A DNA stretch of 64,000 nt from the human T2T-CHM13v2.0 reference genome, Homo sapiens. Below are positions 43,221 through 57,789 of the stretch, one piece after another. The DNA lies in assembly GCF_009914755.1 (NCBI RefSeq), contig NC_060931.1; one strand, 5' to 3'. Each line of letters opens with the position of its first letter. Position 1 is the first letter of the stretch. Made by a program: the position numbers and the translations under genes. A model generated the notes under the pieces. That model did not search any database. It was not told where the DNA came from and saw nothing but the letters and a program-made list of their open reading frames with translations.

Positions 43221-45161
43221 AATATTAATGTATCATATTCCATTGATATGCATTATTTCTGAGTTGAGTTAACATGCACAAGGAAGTTTTAACCCCATAT
43301 TTACAAGAGCAGTGTTTGTAGTAAAGGTACATTCTAGTTAAAATCTATGAGCCAAATTAGGCTTACAACTGAAGTTTTAGTTAGTTGAAATGGATAAGTA
43401 AACATTTACCTAATTGCTTATTTCTCTAAAATTTCATCTCAAGTCTTACCTGTGAATGGCTTAATGTTTGGTGTTTTCAGTTTATCTCACAATGAACTTA
43501 TGTTTCTTCAATTGGGTGTTAAAAACTTTTTGCCGGAAATCTTCAGAAGCTTGGGCAGAAAGATCCCTGGAATAAACGAGAAAATGCCAGCCTTAAGATC
43601 ATATGATTTTTGCACAACTGCTCCCTGGTGGTGACATACCCAAATTGCAGGAACATTAAGAAAAAACTCTAGCTCTTTGAGGAAAGTTATGAAGAGACAG
43701 TTCTTAAGTACAGTTGCTCTTTGACCAATTCCTCAACATCTATTGCTTTTTCTATCAGTGTAAAACAAAAACGTTGAGTGTCAACAACATGTATCTTCTA
43801 GCTAAATCCTCAGGACTTTAGAATGCACTGAGAGTGCATCTCCCTTGTAGAGGCCAACAGGCAAATTCCTTCATTACTGACATCACCAACAGAAGCTCAA
43901 GCCTCCTGGGCCCTCCATCATGCTCCAGACCCCCTCCAGTGTTCTTCCATTATGCATGCTGGCACTCTCAGTCTGTCATCAGCAAACCCTCTCCTATCCT
44001 CAGGCTCCTCTCTGAACTGATCTTGACCCTCTTGCTCCATCTGCACCTACCTTGCCAATGTTTGTCTAAAGTGGCAGCTGCCTTTTCTCTTATGCTCCTT
44101 ATGCCTCAGATCATAGAGGTAGAATAGCTGTCCTCCTGGCTACCTGTCATCTGCTAGAAACTATCTGTCTTCCTTCATCTTTCAGAAATCACAACTCTTC
44201 TAAAGCACATGGCATCTTACTATTTCACCCAACATTCTTTTATAGCCCTCTTCTACTAGCCTCCCAGTGATGCCCCTTTATTTATGAGACTGGTACCTGG
44301 TTCATGGTCTTTTTCATTCTACTCCTGTTATTATTCTTGGTGACACCAACTTGGTGACACCATTCAACACCCTGAATCTCAGCTCCTTAGCTTTATCACC
44401 TCTAATTACTTTTTCCTCCATTCCACCTCACCATCAATTTCCTTGACCAAACCACGAATTGCATCTCCTCTAGAATAACAGTCTCAAACATTCGTCTCTC
44501 TGGTCCTTTCTATTCTTCCATCTCGTTTACTCTATTAATGTCATTGCAATAATTTTTTGGACCATATCAAGATGGCCAATTCCTTACCCCTACAACATTT
44601 TCCACTATTCATTTTCCTTGTTTTCAATGAACACAATGGTACTGGCGTCTATACCCATACATCACACACCTTCCTTCTTACTACAATGGAAGGTATGTTC
44701 ATCCTTCACTTGTGCTTTGGATCCCACACCCTCACCTTTGCTCCCGGAATTATCACCTTTCCTCCCGGAATTATCCCCTTTCCTCAATGCATTATCAGTT
44801 TTTCCATCTCTATTGAACTCTTCCCATCAGCAAACAAAGGCATTGTGATATCTTTATCTCCCTTCTCTTGATCCCATCTACTCCTCTGGCTCCCACCCCC
44901 TTTCTCTGCTCTCCTTCATGGCAACATTTATTGAAAGTTGTTCTTACTTGCAGTCCCTACTTCTTCACCTCCCATTCTCTCTTCAACAGATTCCAACTGG
45001 GCATCTGGCCCCTTCACCCACTCTACAGAAACTGCGCTCCTCTAGGTCGCCCATGACCTGTCTGTTGCCAATCCAAATGCATTCCCATTTTACCTCTCAG
45101 CAACATCCAACGCAGCCAAACGCTCCCTCTTTAAAATATTTTTTTTTCTTTTGGCTTACTT

Positions 45162-46419
45162 GTGTTGTTTTCAACATTTTTACTCATATAGCACCTATAA
45201 AAATTTTGTAAAATTTTGTAGACCATTACACATTTTTAGAATTGACATCTATATTGTTCATCATAAGTTTAAATAGTTGCTAGGGATAGAATTTCCAGTA
45301 TGTTACAAATATTGACATCTTAAAACTGTTATATGGTTCTTTTTAAATGTGCCCAGTGAAATCTAAACACCATAGAAATTTGATACCATAATTCGTGTAG
45401 AAAATACACAGCCTTCTTTAACAGAAATTTTACATTGTTTCCTTTTTCCTTAAATTTATATTTTCACTCAACTTCACCCGCAAAAAATTTTCCCAATATA
45501 TTTTATCACTCCACCAACTTCTCTGCAACTGATTATATAAATTGAAGTTAGAACTTGAAAAATTTCCTATAAGGCTCTGTAAGTCAAAACTTTTTTAGAT
45601 TTAGTTATTATTGTAGTTATTTAATTATTTATACACTTGATCAAAATAACATAAACATTATAGATTACAAATTTTGATGAAAAAGCATTACTCTAAAAGA
45701 AAACTGTATTGTAAACATAGATTCTTAGGACATGGCTAGGATGTTTTTCCCCACCCATTTAACTTGTGTATGTGAGGATACTACTACTTATTGTTATTGT
45801 GAGACAGAGTTCAGCATTAATCCTCTCCATATTTTGTCTTTTTAAAAGATGTCAGCTCTGAGAAATACTGTTTATATACATAAGTAGATAGAAACTTGAT
45901 CATAGAAGTGCTATCCAATTCTTTGAATTCCTTTTGAGTTATACATCCAAAATCAGAGTAATTTATCACAAAAAAAGTTTTCTAATGATCTAGCTCTTAA
46001 CTACCAACTTTCAACTCAGTTAAGTTCTCCTCCAATTTTCTGGAAAGCAAAATATTGGACATCCTTCTGCAAATCCTTGTGTAAGTCAGGTGATGTCCAA
46101 TATTCGTTACCTAGCTATTACAGTTATTAACTTCATCAAACTGACACCAGTATTTCTAATGGTTTTCTTTTCGTGTCTAGGATGTTTTACACTGTTGGAC
46201 ACTGCAATATAGTAAGATTTGGGACAGATGCAAGTTGTAGAGGGGTAATCATGAAAGGAAGTTGGGATGGAGAACATCTTTATTTTATTAGGTACATTCT
46301 GAGGCTGAAAGGGTTTGGAGAGAGTACATAGGAAGTTGAAGATCTGAAAATCGCTCTCCTTAAAACTATCTGTGCATATATTCCCCTTGGAAATTTTTGG
46401 CATACTCTTAAGACCCCTG
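45162..46419 (-). mobile_element. hAT-Charlie transposon remnant with transposase C-terminus
   Basis: 45954-45841 translates DFGCITQKEFKELDSTSMIKFLSTYVYKQYFSELTSFK, resembling the hAT dimerisation motif FW..EFPEL..F.STYLCE..FS.L..IK; right end CCCCTG is TIR-like. Confidence 0.7.
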
Positions 46420-46870
46420 GTTTTTCTCTTAACTCCATAGCTTTCCTTGTGAGTTCCTTTGCTGGCGATTTCTTCCCTGTTTATCCCTAAGTGTTGAGCA
46501 AAATGGGTATCATTCATGGGTCCCCATCCATCTCCTTTTGGCCATCTCTTCATCAGTCCCAATGCTTCAACTACTGGCCATAGGTTAATGGTCTTCCTGC
46601 AAGCTCAGAGTCGTACATACAACCTCAAGCTCAGTTGCCCAGTGTGAAGGCCCAGTTGGCATCCCACACTGCTCATGTCTAAAAGAGAAGTCATGATTCT
46701 CTGGCACCACATCCAACCAACTTGTTCCTCCACAATCTCCCACATCTGAGAAAATGGTACCATCATTCTTTCAGTTGTGAAATGAAAAAACCTAGGAGTT
46801 ATTCTTGATTTCTCTTTTTCATCACTTCCTACAGCAAGCTCCATCAGTGCTACCTTTAAAACATAGCCTA

Positions 46871-47257
<387 letters not shown>

Positions 47258-47437
47258 CTAAGATGCCACCATCATGGCTTGCCTGGAGGACTTGATGCTT
47301 CCTACTGACCTCCCTGCTTTCATTCTGCCATACCCCACCAATGATCTATGCTCCATAAAGCAGCCAAAGTGTCTTTTCATATTGTCAGTTGGATCATGTT
47401 ACTCCACTGGCTAAAACACTATACAAAAAATAATTAC

Positions 47438-47755
47438 AGGATGGAACTGGAGGCCATTATCTTAAGTGAAGAAACTCAGGAATGGAAAACCAAATACCGC
47501 ATGTTCTCACTTATAAGTGGGGGCTAAGCTATGGATGTGCAGGGGCATACAGAGTGGTATAATGGACATTGGAGCCTTGGAAGGGGAGGTGAGGAATGAA
47601 AATTACCTACTGAGTACAATGTACAGTATTCGGGTGACAAGTACATGGAAAGCCCAAATTTCAACGCTATACAATTCATCCATGTAACCAAAAACCACCT
47701 GTACCCCTAAAGCTATTGAAACAAAAATAAATTAATTAATATAGAAAAAAGAAAA
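47438..47755 (+). mobile_element. L1PB (L1PB4-like) 3' end
   Basis: TGGAACTGGAGGCCATTATCTTAAGTGAA..GCATACAGAGTGGTATAATGGACATTGGAG..CTGTACCCCTAAAGCTATTGAAA. Confidence 0.85.
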
Positions 47756-48103
47756 ATATTCTGATTTTATATCTGGGTCTGAAGTGCTCTGTGGTCTGGG
47801 CCCTGCCTACCTTTCTGATTCCACTTTCACGTTTGTCTTGCTGTCTTGCTAACAGAACTCCAATCACATGGACCCTCTCCTTGTTCCTAAACATGGCAAG
47901 CTTGCTTTTTACTCAGGGCCTTGTTCTTGCTGTGCGCTGAGCCTAGAAATTTCTTCCCTCAGATGGTCCCATTGCTACCTCATTTTCTTTCCTTATACCT
48001 CAGCTCACATAACATCCCCTTTTAGAAACCCTCCCTGACCACATGCTAGCTCATTACCCTATATTTTTAAATAGCAAATATTCTACTAGAAATTGATTAT
48101 ATT

Positions 48104-48428
<325 letters not shown>

Positions 48429-48714
48429 TTATATCTGTTGTTATGTATGTAAACTGCACAAAAGCAGAGATCTTTCCTGTGTTATTTATCTCTGTATACC
48501 CAATGCTAAAAATGAGTCAAACATGTAGTAGTAGGTGCTCAATATGTAGTTGTTGAATAGACGCAGAAATTTTTACTGTTTGCTACAGTTTTATTTAAGC
48601 ACAGGAGCATGGCCAGTGGTATTTCCAGGGAAGAATACATTAGTAATGCAGGCTTGGGTAACCACTCGCAGCTCACCTCACTACTGAGCAATGACGTGGA
48701 ATTGGAGCTGGTAT

Positions 48715-48940
48715 CACAGAACAGGGAATGATCATGGGTTCTGGAGTCAAAAGAGGCTTTTCAAGGATTTAACCCCTGAGCTGTCAGTGTCCAGCTCTAC
48801 GGACATTGTGGGCAAGTCACATCATTCTTTACATCCCAGTTTCCTCATATGTAAAATGGAGATAACTTCTAGGATTGTTGTAAGAATTGGAAATAATATA
48901 GGCAAGTGATTGACACATAGTAGGCATTCAACTAACTGTA
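48715..48940 (+). mobile_element. MIR
   Basis: TCTGGAGTCA..TGGGCAAGTCAC..CCCAGTTTCCTCATATGTAAAATGGAGATAA. Confidence 0.8.
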
Positions 48941-48942
48941 GT

Positions 48943-49286
48943 TGTGGTAGATGCTGTTATCACCCCATCCGATTCCCCTGAGATTCCTTTTACTGCTTTG
49001 TCCAATGGCCAGTGGCAGACTAGGATAGGGTGATAAAATCCTGTTCGCTTGCCTCAAGGCAGGGCAGACCCTGGGGAGTCCTGCAACAGGAGACCAGGAC
49101 TTCTATGTCTGCAAGTCTTCCTGTGAGTTCAGGCTAAATCTAATCTTCACCAGACACCACCTCCTTCCCCTTCTCTATTCTGATTGCTTCACTTCATATT
49201 ACTTTCTCCTAGGAGCAATGCTTCAATAAATCATGGGTACGTGAATCCCTGGCTCCTGTTCTGCTTCTGTGGAACCTGAATAGGGC
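48943..49286 (+). mobile_element. LTR16-like ERVL solo LTR
   Basis: TGTGGTAGATGCTGT start, CTTGCCTCAAGG, TCAATAAATCA..GAATCCC..CTGCTTCTGTGGAACCTGA end. Confidence 0.65.
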
Positions 49287-49589
49287 CGTGGTTATCACCT
49301 CTTGTTCCACTAGAAAACCCTAGCAGCTACTTTTTTTTCCCTAGTAATGCTGTCTGTTAGTTGTACTTATCTGCTCATAGTAAAACCCATAGCTAGAAGT
49401 GAGAATTACTATAATGTCTTTGCATTAGTTTAATGTTGATAAGAACAGCCACCTATTATTAAAAGAAGAAAGAATGGGAAGGGTAAGTATTTACATTTCT
49501 CATTAGTGGAAATAGGAGAGGCTCTAGAATTTAAACGCTCAGGCCTTTCTATCTGTAAGGCCACGGTAGGACGTGCCCTAGCCTCAGCT

Positions 49590-49770
49590 TCAGGTATCCT
49601 GAAGCCAGGCCTCTACCACTCACTGCTGAGCTGTGAGTTCTGGGAAGAAATACTCAACATCTCTCTGCCTCATTTTGTCATTTGTAAAGTGAGAAAATAC
49701 AGAGTTGCTGAGTGAAGTAAATGAAATCTTGTATGTGAAAGAGCTTGGTAATTATAAAACACCTCATAAA
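49590..49770 (+). mobile_element. MIR
   Basis: CTCTACCACTCACTGCTG..AACATCTCTCTGCCTCA..CATTTGTAAAGTGAG. Confidence 0.65.
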
Positions 49771-50531
49771 GGTGAGGTGTTTGGGAGGATAAAAGTGACG
49801 TTCTGGTTCATTCAAGAATTGAAAGTAAATGCATTAAGATATTGCACAAAAGTGTGAGCCTCTTTAAATATGTAGAAATAGGGAAAATTGTGTTTGAGTT
49901 ATGTGTATTGTGTTTTAAAGAAATTACTTTTGGGGAAAATATATTTTATACTTAAATAATAATAAATAAGGTAGAAGCACTTTGTAAATGATATAAAGTA
50001 TACAGACACTGCAGAAAATGTACGCACGTGAACACATACGCACTGTAGCTCCAGTGACTTCTGGGAACTATTTGAGGGAGTTGCAGTAACAGAATTTCAT
50101 AGGATTTATTAGCAGTAGAAAGTTCCCCAGAGCTGCCTACATAAGGCTTTAATTATTCAAAGATTGCACTTTGGCACTTCAAACATTGCCAACCCAAGAA
50201 ATCAGAAAAATGAGCACATTTCTGGTGGCAAAGAGAGGCATTTTGTGCAGGAAGCAGCAGTAAAAATGCAAACCAAAACCTCTGAGGAAGCCACCACTGC
50301 AAGGTAACTTTGAGGCCTGGGAATGAGTTCTTCCCTAGACTGAAGGAAAGAAGTATTTTCCTTCAAAGGATTGAGCCAAAGCCAAGAAGCGAAAAAATAA
50401 ATGACAGGAGACAGCAAGTAAGGTTGAGCAAAGGAAAGCAGGAGTGGAAAGGTTCAGAAAGTGGCAGACAGCGACAGCTGGGGGAAACCAGAAGAGGTAA
50501 AGAGACCGGGCAGCAGCAGAAGATTCAGGGA

Positions 50532-50857
<326 letters not shown>

Positions 50858-52767
50858 TCAGGGAAAATTGGGAGGTGGGGAGGCCAGGCCTGAGCTGGAA
50901 CAGGTCTTCAGCCCTGGAAAGCCCTGCGGGCAGCACCACCATGGCCCCAGCAGTCCTTTAGTATCTGGCCTTCTCAGGCAGCCCTGCTTCTACATCCAGG
51001 ACGGAGGCTGCCAGGTTGAAATGCCTCCCTCTTTTGGTCCTCCAGATGGAGTTGGAAGTCCCGCCCCTTTGTCCCCTCTGCAGGTTGCTCACTGCACTTA
51101 TTCTAAGACGCCGTTGCTTATGCGTGTCCTCCAGTAGTCTCCAGTGGGAGCCCCGAGGGCAGGCTGTCTTTGCCACCTGAGCCTTGTGACTGGCCTGGTA
51201 GACACCACGCTCCCAATCATGGTTAAGTAAAATCTGCTTAAGAAGGCAGGAAGACTTCACCCCAACCTGTACCATTTGAATGGCCCAGGACTTAGAGGGT
51301 TAAGATATCAGTTATTCAAAGGACCTACGTGTCTGTCTATTTTTGAGTGTGCCAGGCTCTGTTCTGGGGATTATCAAGCCCAGAACAAAGTCGAAAATAA
51401 AGATGCTGTTAGCAGTGGGGAACATCAGGTCACACTAGCTCTGTGCCAGGCGCTGGTCTGGCGTATATACAATTAGTTAATTCTCACGGCAACTCTCTGC
51501 CCTCAAGAAAGGCAGATTGATTGATGATTTAAAGAGGGAGGCAGATACATACATTACTAATAAATGGCAAATAAATTATAGTAAAATGCAGCACGTAATA
51601 TAAAAGGGTGAGAACCAGGGACTGGGAGTGAGTTATTTTGTTTTCCTGAATTTGGGGAGGGTTTCCCCTAGAAGGAGTGGCCAAGTAATAATGGAGACGT
51701 CCTGGTAATTTTAAAATTATTTATTCCTCAAGGAGACAAAGAGTCCAAAATAGACCAGGAAAAGTCCTTCCTTGTGTGTTAGCCTGGTAAAAAGCAAAAT
51801 AAAGCTCAGCAATATATTTTATCTCACTGAAAAGCAAAAGCTCCACATTACAATCGTATTATTTGAGAAGGATATATGAATTGCATAAAGGTGTAAATAT
51901 TATTTATGATGCTTATATTTAACTGGGACGATAGTGTTATTGCTCTTATTTCTCCAGTTTATTATAGATTGGTATTAAGGCATGACTATAAAGCTCTTTG
52001 AATAAATCATTTTAATTGCCTAGTAATATGAGTGTTCATGTTAATTAAGTAGATATTTTGCACATGGCAAAGATAATTCTTTTCAGCTTTTTCTTTGGAA
52101 AGACAGCCTTATAAAGTGCTCTTTGTGGAATAAATGACTTTCCTATTATCAAACTGAGGACCATGCAACTCTCTTAAAAATTGTATTAAAACATTTAATT
52201 TTGATCTTAAAATATAGAGCTGCCTAGCAGAACTTGGGCTCCGGATAGCTAGAATGTGTACGGCTTTGTCATGCTGCATTAGCAGTGTGGTGCGGCGGGG
52301 ATGGTGTTTATTTGGGGTAAGGACACACCGCTCTGGCTCCTGCCTGGCTCTGTTTTGCTGAGTAGTCACAGGAAAGTCAGTCTGGTTCTCTGGGCCTCGG
52401 TTTCCTCACCTGTTAAATGCAGCGTCTGGACTCCAGCTCTAATAGGCTTTTATCTGCGACTAAGTCCTAGCATAAGACCTGCGTTCTATCCCCTCTCATG
52501 GAGTAAATTCAGACTTGTGATGTCCCTCCTGACTGGACATCAGAAGAGTAGGGGCATGTCCCTCCCATGACGGTCAGGATTGACAAAAAGGCACAGAGAT
52601 TTCAGAGATTTCAGTAAGTTGCTCTTTGTTATATTGTAATTGAGAAGTATATTAGAAATTGCTGTTTGTTTGGTTTTTTAAATGGTACACATTAAGTTAA
52701 AACATGTACAGAAGTGACAAAATGTTAAAAAGTGGTAGTAGGATATGTGGTCTTTAATTTTCTTCTT

Positions 52768-53065
52768 TTTCTTTTTTTCTTTTTTCTTTTTTTTTTTTGA
52801 GACAGAGTCTCACTCTGTTGCCCAGGCTGAAGTGCAGTAGCGCGACCTTGGCTCACTGCAACCTCTGCCTCTGGGTCTTAAGCCTTCCAAGTAACTGGGA
52901 CCATAGGAACATGCTACCATGCCCAGCTAATTTTTTTTTCTTTTTGGTAGAGATGAGATTTCACCATGTTACCCAGGCTGGTCTCCAACTCCTGGGCTCA
53001 AGCAATCCACCTGCCTTGGCCTCCCAAAGTACTGGGATTACAGGTGTGAACCACCGTGTCCAGCC
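52768..53065 (-). mobile_element. AluJ with small internal deletion
   Basis: CTCCTGGGCTCAAGCAATCCACC left-arm J diagnostic; TSD AATTTTC(T/C)TCTT. Confidence 0.9.
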
Positions 53066-53409
53066 TAAATTTTCCTCTTAATACTGTTACATATTTTCTA
53101 AATTTTCTGTAATGAATGTATTCCACATACGTATTCATATACATATATTCAGGAAAAATGAAAGCACTTAAAAAATAAGTGTGGTTAATATTCATAAAAT
53201 GCCGCCAGTGAACCAAACTCTATCCAACACTTGTTTCTGCATCCATATATATATATATATATATGTATAACTTTCTAGTTTTATAAACACTTTTATGCCC
53301 GGCAGGGACACACCAGTACCTTAAGTGAAACGGGGAAATTAGAAGTTACCAAGGTTACCACTGGTCAGCCTTTTTTCTTAAAAGCCCGAGCTTCAATGGA
53401 TTTGAATAA

Positions 53410-54490
53410 ATGCTTAATTAAAGAAGACATACAGATGGCAAATAAGCATATAAAAAGTGCTTTACATTATTAGTCATCCAGAAAATGCAAATTAAAACTA
53501 CAAGGAGATACCACTACACACCCACTGGCATGGCTAAAATCAAACAGACTGACAATACCTAGTGCTAGAGATGACGCACAGAAATGGGAACCCTCCTACA
53601 TTGCTGGTGGGAATGTAAAATGGTGCAATGGAGAAGTTTGGCTGTTTCTCCAAAAATTAAACATACATTTACAGTATGACCTAGCAACTTCATTCCAAAC
53701 ATATTTCCACACAAATACTTGTATGCAAATGTTCACCGTGGTATAATTAATAATAGCCCCAAACTGAAAACAAACCAAACATTTATTAACAAGTAAGTGG
53801 ATAAACAAAAATGTGGTATATTCATACAATGGAATAACTCAGCAAGGATAAAAATAAGAACAAACTACTGATACATGAAACAATGTGGATGAACTTCAAA
53901 AATATTGCGATAAGTGAGGGAAGCCAGGTGCATAAGACTACATATGATTCCATTTGTATGATTCCATTGGTATGAAATTTCTAGAAAAGGTGTATCTATA
54001 AGGACAGCGTTTGGTTGCCTGGAGCTGGGGGTGTGAGTGGGTGTTCGCTGTTTGAAACAATTTCAGTTCCCAACTCGTCAGTCATAGTATTATAGCCTCA
54101 GAGCGAAATAGGCCTTTGGGATTATGCATCCCAGGCTCATCCCTTTGGGAATATCCATCCCAGGTTCACCTCATGCCCAGGTAGCCCTTGATAGGAGGTC
54201 ACTCAGTGTCAGTGAAACCATGCACAATAACAGAGAGCTCTTCCCTCTACAAGGGAACTCATTCTATATTTGGACATTCTGTTAGAAAGTTCTTCCCTCA
54301 TTGACATCTATCAGTTGGCTCTCTTCTGCCCCAGGAAGCAGAAGACTGTGAAGTTATATGTGGGCAGTAGCAGGAGGTAATGGAAATGGTTTAAAACTGG
54401 ATTGTGTTACTAAAACTCGTTGAACTCAAAAGGGGTGAATTTTATGGTATGTAAAGCATACCTCCATAAAGCTGTAAAAAATTAAATCCA
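53410..54490 (+). mobile_element. L1ME/L1MD 3' region, interrupted at ~54051-54365
   Basis: AAAGAAGACATACAGATGGCAAATAAGCA..ATGCAAATTAAAAC..; resumes GGTAATGGAAATG..GTGAATTTTATGGTATGTAAA..ATAAAGCTG. Confidence 0.8.
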
Positions 54491-54571
54491 AAATTACCTA
54501 AGACCTCCTTAGAAAAAAAAGTTTGGGACATCTAAGATTTTGTTCTGTTTGGTTATGGGAAATCTACCTTC

Positions 54572-54952
54572 AACATTATTTCTTGAAATAAGCCAGGCAC
54601 AGAAAGACAAACATTGCACGTTCTCACTTATTTGTGGGATCTAATAATCAAAACAATTGAACCCATGGAGACAGAGAGTAGAAGGATGGTTACCAGAGGC
54701 CGGGAGTGGTAGTGGGGGTTGGGGGCAGGAATGGTTAATGGGTACAAAAAATTAGAAAGAATGAATAAGGCTTAGTATTTGATAGCACAACAGGGTGACT
54801 ATAGTCAATAATAATTTAATTGTACATTTTAAAATAACTAAAAGAGTATCATTGGATTGCTTGTAACACAAAGGATAAATGCTTGAGGGGATGGGTACCC
54901 CATTTTTCATGATGTGATTATAAATAAATAAAAAGAAAAAAGGAAAAAAAAA
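54572..54952 (+). mobile_element. L1MA2/3 3' end
   Basis: GAAATAAGCCAGGCACAGAAAGACAAAC..GATAGCACAACAGGGTGACTATAGTCAATAATAATTTAATTGTAC. Confidence 0.88.
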
Positions 54953-55174
54953 CAGATTTCTTCAGGGCATCATGAAAATAGTTTAAGTTTTGAGATGGGT
55001 TGTCCGTGCAGCTGTCAACAAAGATACAGCTGTTCTGATCTGGAAGTGAGTACTGTTCAAAATGGACCACTTCTGTTATTGAAAAAAAAAAAAAAGCAAA
55101 TATGGAGGCCTGGAATGTTCCTAGACCAGGGATTTTTCAACTGACAATAAGAAAAGAGACAATGTTTAATCTGT

Positions 55175-55370
55175 AATAAGTGTTTCACATGGGTTATTTG
55201 CTTTAATCCTCACAACTCTGAGGTAAGTACTATCATTACTCCCATTTTACAGATGGGAAAACTGAGGCACAAAGAAGTTAAATAACTTGTCTAAGGTCAC
55301 ATAATTAGTGAGAGGCATGAGTGGAGCTTGAACTCACGCAGTTGGCCTCCAGAGGCCATCTTGTCTCCCA
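55175..55370 (-). mobile_element. MIR
   Basis: TTAATCCTCACAAC..CCCATTTTACAGATGGGAAAACTGAGGCAC..GTTAAATAACTTGTCTAAGGTCAC. Confidence 0.85.
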
Positions 55371-55466
55371 CCATGCCCCTTCCAGCTTCTCCCAACTGCT
55401 GTTGCATGTGGATTATAAGAGGCTGGCTCATCAGACTGATTGTTTATTCAATTTTGGTCAGGCTGA

Positions 55467-55910
<444 letters not shown>

Positions 55911-56539
55911 AGAGAAGTACCTTTATGTTCTCAACATGTTAATGAATTTAATGCAGAACTGAAGCCAAAGGTGAGGTGGTTGGATGAGTGAAGCAGTTAA
56001 GTGCGTATGTTAGACACATGTTCTATGTGGGTTATTTCCAGACTCACCTTAGCTCAGTGTTGTGATAATAGTCTCCCTTCAGCCTCATATCAGAGCCTGA
56101 GCCAATAATATGAGCTGTCTTCTTGGATAGCTTGGGCTGGGCTCCACAACAGAAGAAGCTGGGGCAAATTGGCTCTGTTGCTGAGACCTGCCATGTATTT
56201 ACATAACTAGGTTGGCAAGATCTTCTTAGAAAAGGTTGGCTGGCCACTTGTCCCAGAATGTTATGAAGTTGATGATTCAAACAATTTCTATTCCCAATCA
56301 TACAATTATAGGCTTAGAGTGAGAATTAACTACCGGATTATCCATCCCAGCCCATGCCCTCTGTGGAAATGCCTTAGTAACCCTTGACTCATGATCTCCC
56401 AGTCTGAATTAGAACATATCCGATGACAGGCATTTTTACTCTACAAGGGGTCTTCTTTCATTTTAGACACTTCTATTAGAAAGGTATCCCTTCCTAACAT
56501 ATAGGAATTGGCTCTCTTTTGCTCTGGGGAGCTACAGAG

Positions 56540-56837
56540 TTGTATTGTCCAATATGGTAGCCACCAGCCACATGTGGCTGTATTGAGTACTTGAAATGTG
56601 GCAAATCCTAATTGAAATATTTTGTAAGAGGAAAATACACACAAGATTTCAAAAACTCAGTATGAAAAAACTTTATACTGATTATATGTTGAAGTGATAA
56701 TATTTTTGATATATTGGGTTAAATATAATATATTATTAAAATTAATTTCATCTGTTTGTTTTTACTTTTCAATATAGTAACTAGAAAATTTTAAATTGCG
56801 CATGTGGCTGGCATTATATTCCTACTAGATAGCACTA
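56540..56837 (-). mobile_element. MER33 hAT-Charlie
   Basis: TGTCCAATATGGTAGCCACCAGCCACATGTGGC..ATATTGGGTTAAAT..AATTAATTTCA..; TSD CTACAGAG/CTATAGAA. Confidence 0.88.
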
Positions 56838-57004
56838 CTATAGAATATAAGTCTTTACCCTCTTTAAAATGCAGCCTTCAGATTTTTGAAAGACTGCTAT
56901 CGTTTTTCCCTCAAACATTTTTAAAGGGTAGACTTATCAGGTTCTTTTCAATGTTATTTATTTAACATAATTTCCTTCACCATTAAATGTGTTCTAGCTT
57001 TTCA

Positions 57005-57331
<327 letters not shown>

Positions 57332-57421
57332 TTAGGGCTATTATCTCTCTTGTTTTAATATTACACTTTTGTTAAAACAGCTGGTTTGCTATAATTTGTA
57401 TAGTGGCACAATTATACCATT

Positions 57422-57600
57422 CAAGGCTCCTTAACTTAGGGTTAGTGAACACTGGTTGGTCATAGATGGGCTCCAGGTTTCCATGATCCACCTGAAATTG
57501 TAAACAAAATTTTACAGCTATGGGCATTTGTCTGTAAGTTAGTCTTTAGCTCTCTTAGGTTTTCAAAGAGATCTGAGGCTTTTAAAAGTTAAGACCTATT
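57422..57600 (-). mobile_element. MER117-like hAT MITE
   Basis: CTTAACTTAGGG..GATGGGCTCCAGG..CCTGAAATTGTA..CAAAATTTT..AAAGTTAAGA. Confidence 0.6.
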
Positions 57601-57670
57601 AGATTGTATTGCGGCTACAGTCACTTTCAACTCCTGGGATTTTTTTTTTCTCACAAAACTCTTTTTAATT

Positions 57671-57789
57671 ATACCTAATGTTAAATGACGAGTTAATGGG
57701 TGCAGCACACCAACATGGCACATGTATACATATGTAACAAAACTACACGTTGTACATATGTACCCTAAAACTTAAAGTATAAAAAAAAA
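57671..57789 (+). mobile_element. Very short young L1PA (PA2-PA5) 3' tip
   Basis: ATACCTAATGTTAAATGACGAGTTAATGGGTGCAGCACACCAACATGG..CCCTAAAACTTAAAGTATAAA; perfect 16-bp TSD AAAACTCTTTTTAATT. Confidence 0.93.

Noticed and set aside
46107-46562. 151-aa minus-strand ORF
   Set aside because: It crosses the L2/Charlie boundary and has no recognisable domain; a chance open frame.
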